A stretch of 57,172 bases of DNA, filler included, from Sanchytrium tribonematis (lineage: Eukaryota), in assembly GCA_018985235.1 (NCBI GenBank). It is 4 parts of 4 records of this genome, joined end to end, with 100 filler letters (N's around TTAATTAATTAA, not from the genome) between each part and the next. Parts side by side here need not be neighbours in the genome. Positions count along the whole stretch, not along the records: positions 28,751 to 42,934 come from JADGIG010000173.1; positions 43,035 to 57,172 come from JADGIG010000174.1; 2 more parts are not named here. One strand, 5' to 3'. Positions 34,112 through 43,976 of this stretch are shown here, one piece after another. The notes under the pieces are model-generated. The model saw only the letters and a program-made list of their open reading frames with translations. It ran no database searches and had not been told where the DNA came from. The first letter of the stretch is position 1; the number at the start of each line of letters is the position of its first letter. The position numbers were made by a program, and so were the translations under genes.

Positions 34112-37100
34112 TTAGTTACCATATACTTTTCTAGTCGAATTTCGTATGAACTTCAACTGTGAAATTATTAGAATCTCGCTGCTACTTTTTAATTCTCTAT
34201 AAATAGTGGACCGGGAAATGTATTCTGGAAGATTGCCATTGCAAATATCGGTAAAATGGTCTAAATTCTTGAAGTTTCTATTACAGAAATTGCATTTGAT
34301 TTGAATATTTTCTAATGATTTGGGGGGTAATCTCCCAGTTAGAAACGAGTCAAAGATTTTTTGCAAATGATTCGGGTTTTTCCTTTTAGCCAGTTTTATG
34401 ATTTTATCGTCAGTTTTGAAAACACTTACACGATTGCTTTGTGGTTGGCTGTTCCAATAATTATCCATCAGTATTTGATTCGCTTCCAAAATTGCTTTGC
34501 GATCTTGATCATTGCCATTGTTGATTTGTGTGTACCCAAGGTTTGACAGCTGATCATTAAAGGTTAGAAGTTTAATGCGATATTGATTGTGGATTGATAA
34601 GTAATTGTAGATCATTTGAAAATATCTATATTTTTGTGAATGGAGATTTTTGATGATTTTTGTTCGGTGTTTCTCCAGTTCATCTAAGCCCTCAGCTGTG
34701 TAGTTCTCGATTCCGTAACACAGTATAGGCATTAAGACCCCATTGTAGAATCGAGAATATGAGTTACGAAATTGTAGAAATCGATTTGTCCATTGAATTG
34801 TTGAGGTAGCGAAATTGGCCTTAGCAACTTTATATGCAATATCTGATCGATAATCAATACCCTCACTATTAATAAAAAGACCTAAATACTTTAGATTTGA
34901 CTGTTTTGAGATGGATATGCCGTTATTCAAAGTTATTTCTTCAAGCAAAGGGTCCGATGAAACGAATTGAAATTTTGATTGATTTACCAGGAATCCATGA
35001 GACTGTAATTGATCGGTGACGCGATTAGTTGTGCTAATCAAAGTATTTAAAGACCAGGAGACTACAAATATATCGTCTGCATAAGCAAAGATTTTTCTGT
35101 TCTCAGAATTCGGTATTTCCGCCAAAATCCTATCAATAACAAATGAGAAGATTAAAGGGCTTAATGTACCACCCTGTGGGGTGCCTCTACACATTAGAAT
35201 CTCATTATTATTAGAATCCCTTTTAAGAGTGAAACGTTGATCACAGATTATATTTCGCAATACGTTTAAATCATGGTCGGGCAATATAGATTGTAGCTGA
35301 TTAAAGACGTCAGTATGTTTGATGGTATCAAAAGCAGTACTGAGATCCAATGCAAGGCAGTGAGCCTGACCATAAACTCTGTGGCATCTTTTTATTTCAT
35401 CGAGAACTGCATGTATTTGAGTAGAACAGCTTCGTTTCTGGCAAAATCCGTGTTGTCTTAGACTTGGTTGTAGCTTGAGGCGATAATGGTGATAATAAAT
35501 AACCTGTTGATAGACTTTGAAAGCAATGCTGATAAGAGAAATTGGACGATATCTACTTGAATTTAAATCGTCTCCACTTTTGAAGACTTCTATGACCTGA
35601 GAAATGCTCCATTCATATGGGACAATCTGATTTAAGTAGCATTGGAGTAAAAGAGAATGCAATATTTCATAGCCACTTTTGGGGAGATATTTGTAAACCA
35701 GAACAGGAATGGAATCTCCACTAGCCTTCTTGCTATTTACAGTTTTGAACATGTGAGTTATTCTTTCTAAAGTAAATAAATTATTTGTCTCTTCTAGCAT
35801 GTTCTGTGTCATTGCTGTAGGTCTATAGGGCCAGATTAGAGCGTCACTCGAGCTAAAGTGATTTGTATGATAATGTATTGCATCGTGAATATTTGATTTT
35901 AGAAATTGATGCTTTCTCTGTTGTCGTAATTTACAAAGTTCTATATATGCAGATGATTGGTCAATATTCACTTTGTCAAGATATTTGTTAAATTCAAAAT
36001 TCTTTTGGGTTTTTCTTGCTACTTTGAGATTCTTTTGAGCCATTTTAATCTTTCGCTTGAGATTCGTGCGTCTTTCTCCTGAGCATCGTCTGCCTTTCAT
36101 ATGTCGCTTAAATCTTTTAATTTTGGTAGATAGATTCAAGATCCGGTCATCATACTCTGTAGTGAGTAGTCTGTCTCTGAAAGATGTAATTGGGAGAACT
36201 TTTCGCGCAGCGTCTACCACTGATAATTTAAATTTATTCCATAAACTATTGCAATCAAGATCCGAAATGTTGGGAAGGAACGATTCAAAGTTTTGATTTA
36301 ATTTTCTAACAAATTGCTCTCTATAGTTGAGATCAGTTTTAATAAGGGAGTAATTGATATTTCGCAGTACTAAGAGAGGATTATCTAAATGAAATTTAAA
36401 GAGAATAGGATAATGATCAGAATTTGTTTGATTGTTTCTTAAGACATGAATAGAGTCAATTTTGTAAGCAAGGCTGTTATGAATCCAGACCTGATCAAAG
36501 CAATTAAGAGAGGACACCATCGTGCTATCACAAGGTGTATTTTTCAAAAGGTAGCATTTGTCAGACATATAAGATTCAAAATTTCTTCCGTGTCTATCAA
36601 ACTCCACTTGGGCACTGGGGCATTTCTGATTGAAATCTCCAACAAACAGAGCTTTCTTATTAAATCCAATTTCCATTTCGGTTTTAATAGATTCTAGATT
36701 GCCACGATATCTCGGAGGTAGATAATTAAAGCTGTAGAAGTCACTATTGATTCTGATTGTGTGGGAAAAGAGGCTATCCTGGCTAACTAGAGAGATATCT
36801 TCTATTTCATTCAATATCATAATACACTGACGATCGCATTCTAGTTGATGTTTAAATTTATAGATTTTGTATCCTTTAATAAATGGGTCCTTTTTCACCC
36901 TGTATTCAGTAAGATGCATTATGGAAGGATGATAGGTTTCAATTAGGCGTTTCAATTCAGAGTCTAAGCAACCATTTCTCTGGCCACGGCAGTTGTAGCT
37001 CACAATGTCAAGAGAGGATAATCTATCTGCAATGGGGCAGTCAGTGGTAACAAGATCTTCAAAGGATCCACCCAATTGCCGAGGCTGAATGTGTATATTC

Positions 37101-38044
37101 TTGAAATCACTATCAATAGGGGTATCACTTGAGATATTATGAAGATTTGAGAATAGCTTATGCTCTTTTGGATTGAATTGAATATTTTTAGAGCATAGAT
37201 GACTGATAATATCTTGGAAAGAGCAAGGAGTCTTAATATAAATTGGAGTCGTTCTACCATCAAGCTTGTGTATCCAAATCAGATTCTCTTTTGGTGGATT
37301 TGTAATAGATTTGTAGATTGGATTTGGAATTAATTGATTATTGATTGATTGAATAACAGCCAATCCAGCTTTAGGGGCAAGAGCAGAGTCAACAGATACA
37401 TTTATTTTAATATCCTTCGTTGCCTTTGTCCATCTCTTCAGTGCCCCTAAGTGATTTAGAAGATACTTCTTTTTATCTGAGTCATCACAAAGAATGACGA
37501 CCTCAATAATTTGAGAGTCTCTGCAGCTAGCCAGTTTTGTATCAAGCGAGATATCTAATCTTTCATTCTCTCTTGTGACCTTTTTAAGACAATCAATATC
37601 AACATTATCCAACGATACTGGGAGAAGATTTTCTAATTCATCACATAATGTAGCCATATCCGATTTCACAAGGACATTACTGCATTCTTGATCCACATCC
37701 CCAGTTTCCTTGTTAACAAGCACCCATTTAATCATGTATTCAACTGGTTTAAATAATGAATCTGCAGTCTTATCCTGTAGATTTCCAGCAGATTGGGATT
37801 CAATGCGGTCTTTATAACTACCCTTTAAGGAGATAATTTGATCCATAATGTCATTTTTCACATGAAATAATGCTTTCATGTTATAGTTAACCATATAGCC
37901 TAAACAAGTGTGATACAGATGATCAAAGAGCTGATAAAATAATACTTTAGAGATTACATATCTATCATCATTAAAATCATGGCTATTACTCAATTTCAAG
38001 CAGTTCTCATGAGCTTTTTGGATTGATTTATCAAAAGTAAACAA
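34112..38044 (-). CDS. Retrotransposon polyprotein: N-terminal region, ubiquitin-like domain (..RQLGG), APE endonuclease, reverse transcriptase, CCHC
   Basis: APE: IVSYNCRG, LTEY, YLPP, VGDFN, FDQVW, SDHYPI. RT: YRPISL, QHGF, LDLSTAFDTI, GTPQGGTLSPLIF, YADD, YLG. Tail CNFC..DHFTDIC. First ATG at 37894. Confidence 0.93.
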   Translation of the reverse strand: MFTFDKSIQKAHENCLKLSNSHDFNDDRYVISKVLFYQLFDHLYHTCLGYMVNYNMKALFHVKNDIMDQIISLKGSYKDRIESQSAGNLQDKTADSLFKPVEYMIKWVLVNKETGDVDQECSNVLVKSDMATLCDELENLLPVSLDNVDIDCLKKVTRENERLDISLDTKLASCRDSQIIEVVILCDDSDKKKYLLNHLGALKRWTKATKDIKINVSVDSALAPKAGLAVIQSINNQLIPNPIYKSITNPPKENLIWIHKLDGRTTPIYIKTPCSFQDIISHLCSKNIQFNPKEHKLFSNLHNISSDTPIDSDFKNIHIQPRQLGGSFEDLVTTDCPIADRLSSLDIVSYNCRGQRNGCLDSELKRLIETYHPSIMHLTEYRVKKDPFIKGYKIYKFKHQLECDRQCIMILNEIEDISLVSQDSLFSHTIRINSDFYSFNYLPPRYRGNLESIKTEMEIGFNKKALFVGDFNQKCPSAQVEFDRHGRNFESYMSDKCYLLKNTPCDSTMVSSLNCFDQVWIHNSLAYKIDSIHVLRNNQTNSDHYPILFKFHLDNPLLVLRNINYSLIKTDLNYREQFVRKLNQNFESFLPNISDLDCNSLWNKFKLSVVDAARKVLPITSFRDRLLTTEYDDRILNLSTKIKRFKRHMKGRRCSGERRTNLKRKIKMAQKNLKVARKTQKNFEFNKYLDKVNIDQSSAYIELCKLRQQRKHQFLKSNIHDAIHYHTNHFSSSDALIWPYRPTAMTQNMLEETNNLFTLERITHMFKTVNSKKASGDSIPVLVYKYLPKSGYEILHSLLLQCYLNQIVPYEWSISQVIEVFKSGDDLNSSRYRPISLISIAFKVYQQVIYYHHYRLKLQPSLRQHGFCQKRSCSTQIHAVLDEIKRCHRVYGQAHCLALDLSTAFDTIKHTDVFNQLQSILPDHDLNVLRNIICDQRFTLKRDSNNNEILMCRGTPQGGTLSPLIFSFVIDRILAEIPNSENRKIFAYADDIFVVSWSLNTLISTTNRVTDQLQSHGFLVNQSKFQFVSSDPLLEEITLNNGISISKQSNLKYLGLFINSEGIDYRSDIAYKVAKANFATSTIQWTNRFLQFRNSYSRFYNGVLMPILCYGIENYTAEGLDELEKHRTKIIKNLHSQKYRYFQMIYNYLSIHNQYRIKLLTFNDQLSNLGYTQINNGNDQDRKAILEANQILMDNYWNSQPQSNRVSVFKTDDKIIKLAKRKNPNHLQKIFDSFLTGRLPPKSLENIQIKCNFCNRNFKNLDHFTDICNGNLPEYISRSTIYRELKSSSEILIISQLKFIRNSTRKVYGN

Positions 38045-39218
38045 TTATGGCCCGTCACCAATCAAAACTTGTTCTGCTTGCTTATTGTTCAATTTTTGCA
38101 TACCAAGATCTTCAAATGCATCGATTAACAATTTCATTGACTTACCTTTTTCTGCAAGCACTGAAATCAGTAGATATTTTGATTTAGCTTTTGTATTCTT
38201 AATTTGCTTTACAGCTGGTACAATGTAGTCATAGGATTTAATCAATGAGTAAATCTGATCCCTATTTACACCAATAGTATCTAAAAAGAGAAATGTGGCG
38301 AATTTTAATTCTTTTAGATATTGATTGGAAACAATCTTTTTTAGTTCATTTTTGTCAGTAAAATGTTTAAGGAGCCCATAAAGTGAAAGAAAGCATCTTT
38401 AAAGTGCTAAGATTTTTTTCAAGAGTAGAGGCTCTACAAACACCAAGTAAATCAGCGATATATTTAGTAGTTTTAGGGACATTACTAATAATTCTATTCA
38501 AAGCAACGATACGCACAATAGGGGCAGTAGAAACATATTTCTGATTCCAGTTCTCTTCATTTTCACTTGTAAAGGTTAGTGGAGAGCAAATTTGTTTGAA
38601 AATCATTTCTTTTAATTCTTGAATGGATTTGGATTTTAAAATCTTACAGCATTGAATATCGTTATTCATGTGTGATTGGGACAGAATATAGTCGCTTTCA
38701 CAACCAATATGAGTCACACCATAAATAAGTTTTTTAATGACAATTTTGCTTGGTTTTTCGTGAAAAGCATTAGGGCAAAAGAGTTGAAAACCAGATTCTA
38801 ACAAATTTGATAAAACATAATCTAAGTGAGAACCATTCTGAGTGGTTTGAAAATACTTTTCTTCAACTTGATTTGTGAAAGTGTCAAGTTTCGATGGCGC
38901 ATTTTTTGCCTCAGATTCGCCATCTGATGTTGCCATTACATCACTCTCCAAATTTGTAATTGAGCATTTGCTGCTTGGTATATCGCTGCCAAAGTCATTC
39001 ATAGAGATAATTTCTTTATAGTTCTTTCTCGGGATGTTTCGTAGTTCAATTTTAACGACATTTTCTTTAAATTTACCAGAAGAATGATCAACTTGATCAA
39101 GTTGCGAAATTTCATGATGCAAAATGGAGTCCCTGCGTTGGATTCAATGAGGAATTAACAGAAGCAGGATTAGTGAGTATATCTGTAATCGGATATGGAA
39201 TTGGATTAAATTTAACAT
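38045..39218 (-). pseudogene. Interrupted upstream reading frames, probable ORF1 or N-terminal part of the element
   Basis: ATG 39218, in-frame TGA 39146-39144, frame open to 38367; a +1 frame open 38398-38048; TAA 38047-38045 in frame with the RT ORF. Confidence 0.45.
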
Positions 39219-39390
39219 GGTATTATAAGCAATACTTGAAAAATAAAGCAAAAGTGATTCCAATTGAAAAATAAAACAATTTCAAGGAGTAAACGCGCAA
39301 CTTTTTATTCTTCAATTGCATTTAACATGAGCAATGACATCGCGTCACCCAAAATAACGTCTAGATAGTTGGCATATTTTGGAAATAACA

Positions 39391-39396
39391 AGCCAC
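39391..39396 (+). promoter_or_regulatory. AGCCAC / RGCCA start-proximal motif (representative copy)
   Basis: Within about 25 nt upstream of 8 starts that lack TGAAAC. Confidence 0.45.
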
Positions 39397-39412
39397 AAAG
39401 TTCAAAAAAGCG

Positions 39413-40516
39413 ATGTTATACTTTGTTTTTGCTTTACTTTTGACCATCATGGTGACGGGTGTGGGCTTTTTAATGTTCTATCTCATGCGTCACCACATTG
39501 TCATCAAATACAGACGACCAGAATTAGTACTTGTAGAACAAATCTTTCTACTCATCACAGCGTGTTTAGAAACTACTAAAATGGACACCATTTCCCAAGA
39601 AATTCCCTGTAAATCCATCTCTATCCCAGTCAGTATCTGTGGATTAACCAGCTTAGCATTCATCATGGCCAGAATCACGTATGTTTATGGATATTTAGTA
39701 TCAGAAAAAGAAGGTAAGATTTCATTCCAATTTATGACGCGTTTCTTTTGGGATAAAGAATTCAAATTAAAGAAATTAAACTTTATTTTGTTGTTGGGTG
39801 TGTGGAATGTAGCCAATATTTTATTCAATATCTTTGGATATGCGTCTATTCAAGAAAATCAAACTTTAGATGCCATTTGTGACAGATTCCCTCAAACAAT
39901 CACTTATATTGCCAATTATCTAGTGGGTTTATTCATGATTCTATTCAGTATCCAAGTGATTCGATTGCGCGTCACAGATAATATTGGAATGACGTATGAA
40001 TTTCTTTCTGTCACATTTTTTCTCATTTTTTGTGCCGTGTTTGTAGAATTCTACAATGGCGTCAATCCATCCAATAAAATAGCATACGAGTACATGGTCT
40101 ACACAGAAACCATGATTTCCATGTTTTTTGGATTATATTTCCCAATGATTTGTTTGGTATTCCATAAAAATAAAATCCAAAATTACGAATTAATGAGTTG
40201 TGATAAATTAAATCCAAATACCAATTGGACGCCAATCTTAAAAACAGCTCAAAAATTCTTTTGTGAAGAAAATGTTTTATTTTGTATGAGATATTTTGAT
40301 TATAAAGAACACAAAATTGGATTTGAGAATTTAAATTCACAATTTTTAATGGAGTCAAGTCCATTAGAATTGAATATATCTAGTGAAATGCGTGCTAAAG
40401 TGCAAGATGCACAAGAACGTGAAAATGCAATTGATGAGATTTATGAGCATATTACTTTATTGATTAAAGACAATATTATGCCATATTTAAACAAGAATAA
40501 AGAATCTACTGTCTAA
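39413..40516 (+). CDS. 7TM-RGS protein (GprK/AtRGS1-type architecture)
   Basis: About seven hydrophobic helices, then RGS motifs FCEENVLF and FLMESSPLELNISS. Confidence 0.85.
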   Translation: MLYFVFALLLTIMVTGVGFLMFYLMRHHIVIKYRRPELVLVEQIFLLITACLETTKMDTISQEIPCKSISIPVSICGLTSLAFIMARITYVYGYLVSEKEGKISFQFMTRFFWDKEFKLKKLNFILLLGVWNVANILFNIFGYASIQENQTLDAICDRFPQTITYIANYLVGLFMILFSIQVIRLRVTDNIGMTYEFLSVTFFLIFCAVFVEFYNGVNPSNKIAYEYMVYTETMISMFFGLYFPMICLVFHKNKIQNYELMSCDKLNPNTNWTPILKTAQKFFCEENVLFCMRYFDYKEHKIGFENLNSQFLMESSPLELNISSEMRAKVQDAQERENAIDEIYEHITLLIKDNIMPYLNKNKESTV

Positions 40517-41568
40517 TTGTCTTTCTTTTTCTAGAAATGGTCAATTTTTTGTGCTGCTCTCTGCTCAATGTTTCTGTAGTAAATTGAAATTGATTTGGAG
40601 TGGCTGTGCTTGGTGTATTGGGTGTTTTAGCTGATTTTGGAGTTCTAGGAGTTCTAGGAGTTTTGGGAGTTCTGGGGGTCGTTGGAGTCGTCGTGGGTGT
40701 TTTTGGACTACGAGTGATTGTTGACATTTTATAAGTTTTGGGTGTTTTGGGAGTCTTTGGACTTGGTGATGCACTTGATTTGGTTCTTTTCATGGTTGGA
40801 ATTGGTGCATCATTGCCATCTGGTGATTTAGCGAATTTCAATATCTCAATTTCAAGAGGAGCAGGTTTCTTTTTAACATTTTGTGACTTTCTAGTCGATT
40901 TTCTGATTGATTTTCTTGCTGGTTCTGGTTTGGTGATGGTGGATTGCAATAAATTTCTCAAATTTCGATATGCTTTTTCTTCAATGGCATCGCTTCCAAC
41001 TTTTTCTTCTCTTTGAAAATTAGATTTGATAGATTTATGACTATATCTAATATCTTTTAATGGATCCTCAAGATCGAACTGGGTGGTTTTGCGTTTATTT
41101 CGCGATAATCTAGATAATCTAGAATTTCGAATTTTGTTGCGTATTTTAATTTGTGCTCTTCTAATTCGATCAAATCCATAAATATGATGATAAAATAAAA
41201 CATAGCTGACTAAATGTGCAAAAACGATGCCCATATAGACTGCAATGACATCTGGGACGGGATTATCATAAAATACGGTTAATTCATAAATGGCAATTCC
41301 AATACCTACTAATACATCGATGCTCAACACGATCTTCTTCCAATTATTAAATCTAGTTTGAATAATGATTAAAATGGCAATCCCACTGATGATGGCTACA
41401 GCCATAAACTCAGAATCACCTTGTTGTATTTTGAAGATTGAAAAGTATATTTTGAGTATGTACCATGCTACTAATATTGATTGTATTACATGAAATTTGA
41501 TTTTGGAGGTCATTCCAAGACTCGTACTTCCAAAAAGAGACAATCACATTCAAATAATCGTTTAACAT
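40506..41568 (-). CDS. Hypothetical multi-TM protein with basic TPxTP-rich tail (probable 5' intron)
   Basis: ATG 41568 joined through 41471-41489 to the track ORF; about 4 TM; stop overlaps the convergent RGS CDS by 11 nt. Confidence 0.6.
40600..40770 (-). repeat. 9-nt coding repeats (TP[K/R/T])
   Basis: GGAGTTCTA / GGTGTTTT units encoding TPRTPKTPRTPRTPK. Confidence 0.75.
41471..41489 (-). other. Probable 19-nt spliceosomal intron
   Basis: GTAATACAATCAATATTAG; the only one lacking the -6 A, and an intronless start (MTSKIK) is also possible. Confidence 0.55.
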
Positions 41569-41741
41569 CCTGTGATTGGCCACAGGATTGGTAAATTCGA
41601 ATCCAATATATCTCCCACAATCACAACACGGACTGCACGCAACTGCTTGCAACTGCTTGCAAATCAAATCGGGCCATAAAATACTATTTTGCCATGTTGC
41701 GTCTAGACTCCGAACTATTTTAATCCCTGAAACTTGCAAAA

Positions 41742-42632
41742 ATGGTCCATCCTCATCATATTTCCATTATTGGTGCTGGTTCAGTTGGTGCTACAGTCGC
41801 ATATGCACTGATTTTGCATAAAGTAGCAGCATTGATCCATTTAATTGACCCACAAGAGAATGTTGTCAAAGGGCAAATTTATGATTTAGAAGACGCATTG
41901 TTTTTAAGCAACACAAAAGTCATTGCAGGTCAACAATCAGATGCCAGTCAATCTGACATCATCATTATTACAGCAGGCGCCAAACAAAAACCAGGAGAAA
42001 GTAGAGATGATCTAATTGATCGTAATTTATCCATTCTCAAGTCTATTTTATCCTCATTTACGCCTAAACCAGATGCAGTCATCATTTTAGTAAGTAATCC
42101 AGTAGATATTCTCACTCAATATGCTCAGAAACTAACTAATTTGCCAAAAAATCAAGTGATTGGAAGTGGCACATTTTTGGATTCAATGCGCTTAAGAACT
42201 CATTTATCCCATTCATTGAATATTCAAGAAAATGCCATTCATGCCTATGTACTAGGTGCACATGGTGACCATCAATTCGTAGGTTGGACTGCTGCGAAAG
42301 TAGCTGGGAATCCAATCAATGTGGAAAACAAGTCAGAAATTGCCAAAGCTGTGATGCGCAAAGCATATGATATTATTGATTTAAAAGGCGCAACTTACTT
42401 TGGAATTGGTGCATGTGTTGCATCTCTCTGTCAAAGCATTTTGTTGGATCAAAAAAGCATCAGACCCATTTCTGTGTTTCATCCAAAATACGATTGCGTT
42501 TTGAGTTGGCCATGTGTTGTGGGGTGCAACGGAGCAGAGAAAGTAGTTGACATTCCATTAAATGATGAAGAAATGGAGAAATTAAAGATTTGTGTGGACA
42601 GCATCCAAAAATCAACTAGCAAATTCGAATAA
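41742..42632 (+). CDS. L-lactate dehydrogenase
   Basis: IIGAGSVG, ITAGAKQKPGESR (Gln specificity residue), VSNPVD, GSGTFLDSMR, GAHGD, KGATYFGIG. Confidence 0.92.
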   Translation: MVHPHHISIIGAGSVGATVAYALILHKVAALIHLIDPQENVVKGQIYDLEDALFLSNTKVIAGQQSDASQSDIIIITAGAKQKPGESRDDLIDRNLSILKSILSSFTPKPDAVIILVSNPVDILTQYAQKLTNLPKNQVIGSGTFLDSMRLRTHLSHSLNIQENAIHAYVLGAHGDHQFVGWTAAKVAGNPINVENKSEIAKAVMRKAYDIIDLKGATYFGIGACVASLCQSILLDQKSIRPISVFHPKYDCVLSWPCVVGCNGAEKVVDIPLNDEEMEKLKICVDSIQKSTSKFE

Positions 42633-42640
42633 ATTTGAGA

Positions 42641-42934
42641 TTATTTATTTGAAGAAGTAAATTTAGTAACAGCTTTGGTTCCTTCAGAGACAGCATGTTT
42701 AGCCAATTCACCAGGGAGAATCAAACGAACAGATGTTTGTACTTCTCTAGATGTGATGGTTGATTTTTTGTTGTAAGCAGCCAATTTCGATGCTTCATTT
42801 GCAATTCTTTCAAAGATATCACCGACAAAGGAGTTCATGATACCCATAGCTTTGTTTGAAATACCAGTATCTGGGTGCACTTGTTTTAATACCTTGTAAA
42901 TATAAGTAGAATAAGTTTCTTTTCTAACCTTACG
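42641..42934 (-). CDS. H2B: Histone H2B, 5'-truncated at contig end
   Basis: [23 protein letters not shown]...[11 protein letters not shown]...[24 protein letters not shown]. Confidence 0.98.
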   Translation of the reverse strand, partial: RKVRKETYSTYIYKVLKQVHPDTGISNKAMGIMNSFVGDIFERIANEASKLAAYNKKSTITSREVQTSVRLILPGELAKHAVSEGTKAVTKFTSSNK

Positions 42935-43034
42935 NNNNNNNNNNNNNNNNNNNNNNNNNNNNNNNNNNNNNNNNNNNNTTAATTAATTAANNNNNNNNNN
43001 NNNNNNNNNNNNNNNNNNNNNNNNNNNNNNNNNN
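42935..43034. other. Artificial contig linker
   Basis: 44 N + TTAATTAATTAA + 44 N. Confidence 0.97.
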
Positions 43035-43847
43035 GTCGGTGAATTGCATATTGTCGTGAAGCTAGAGACTGTTTCTGGCGAATAATTAAACCACATATGA
43101 GTTAATGTCATGCATTTTGTAAATACATCTGAACTCAGATCGAATTTCCATTTTGATTCATAATTGACTACGTAATAAGTAGATATACACAAAAATCCAA
43201 TTTCTGTTGCCCAGTGTAAGGGATAAAATTTAGAGGCACGAATCATCAATGAACTGACTAAATTTTTGCTCCTGGCTTCATTCCAATACACCTTCGCAAG
43301 TATATACCCGCTTAAAACAACAAAGCATTCAATAAGAATGTTACCATAATGTTTAATATGAAAAAACAAAGAATCAGTATCGAGATCAATTTTATCCAAA
43401 TACCCTGGCGCACTTGTTGGAACCATGAGAACATGATAAATGACTAAATTAGTATACACGACCTATTCCAATCGCAAGAAGCCCTCGAAATGAATCTAAA
43501 TGGAATAATCTTTCCTCAGAGCTTTCATCTTTATACAATAGAAAGTCGAAAACCCTGTTTCGGATTATATCTCCATGATCTTCAAGCCTTGGTAGCTGAC
43601 TTTTTTGTCTGATGACAAAAGATTTCACAATTGAATAAATTTTAAATTCGTCATCATTTTCTATTAAAAACCAGCATATTTTTCCACAAATTAGCAGAAA
43701 TTGAACTCCGCTTCCTAAACCCATCACTTCATAACTATAAGAGGATAAAGTTATGGTCACAACAAGCCAAAAAATTGGTATTATTTTCTTCTTGATCTTT
43801 TCTAAATTCGCTGACGAGATTTTTGGATTTTGAAATCTTTTTAACAT
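43035..43847 (-). CDS. Acyltransferase-3 family membrane O-acyltransferase, 3'-truncated (one intron)
   Basis: Spliced LDSFRGLLAIGIVIYH; FVVLSGYIL; RASKFYP. Confidence 0.85.
43444..43462 (-). other. 19-nt spliceosomal intron with atypical GTCGTG donor
   Basis: GTCGTGTATACTAATTTAG; removal restores the R...H motif spacing. Confidence 0.88.
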
Positions 43848-43976
43848 TTTAAGTTTCAAATTTTGGCCTTTTTCAAAGCCATCAGAATATTAGTGCTACA
43901 AAAAGATTTTTCCTTATTTATGGTCATTTCAGAATTTAAAATTGTGTTACGACAAGCCTTTAATTTTTGAAACTAG

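Larger units (their letters stand above)
34046..39218 (-). mobile_element. APE-type non-LTR retrotransposon; boundaries approximate
   Basis: APE-RT-CCHC ORF plus co-oriented upstream frames. No TSD or poly(A) tail recognised; the 5' extent is inferred. Confidence 0.75.

Noticed and set aside
34112..38044. RT as telomerase, retron, DGR or group II intron enzyme
   Set aside because: Upstream APE domain and C-terminal CCHC are diagnostic of a non-LTR retrotransposon.
38397..38403. T-TTA-AAG slippery heptamer in the retroelement upstream frame
   Set aside because: A -1 shift reaches a stop within about 20 codons; the continuing frame is +1.
29793..40770. Short repeat arrays as possible CRISPR-like loci
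   Set aside because: Unit lengths are multiples of 3 inside ORFs, with no unique spacers and no cas genes.
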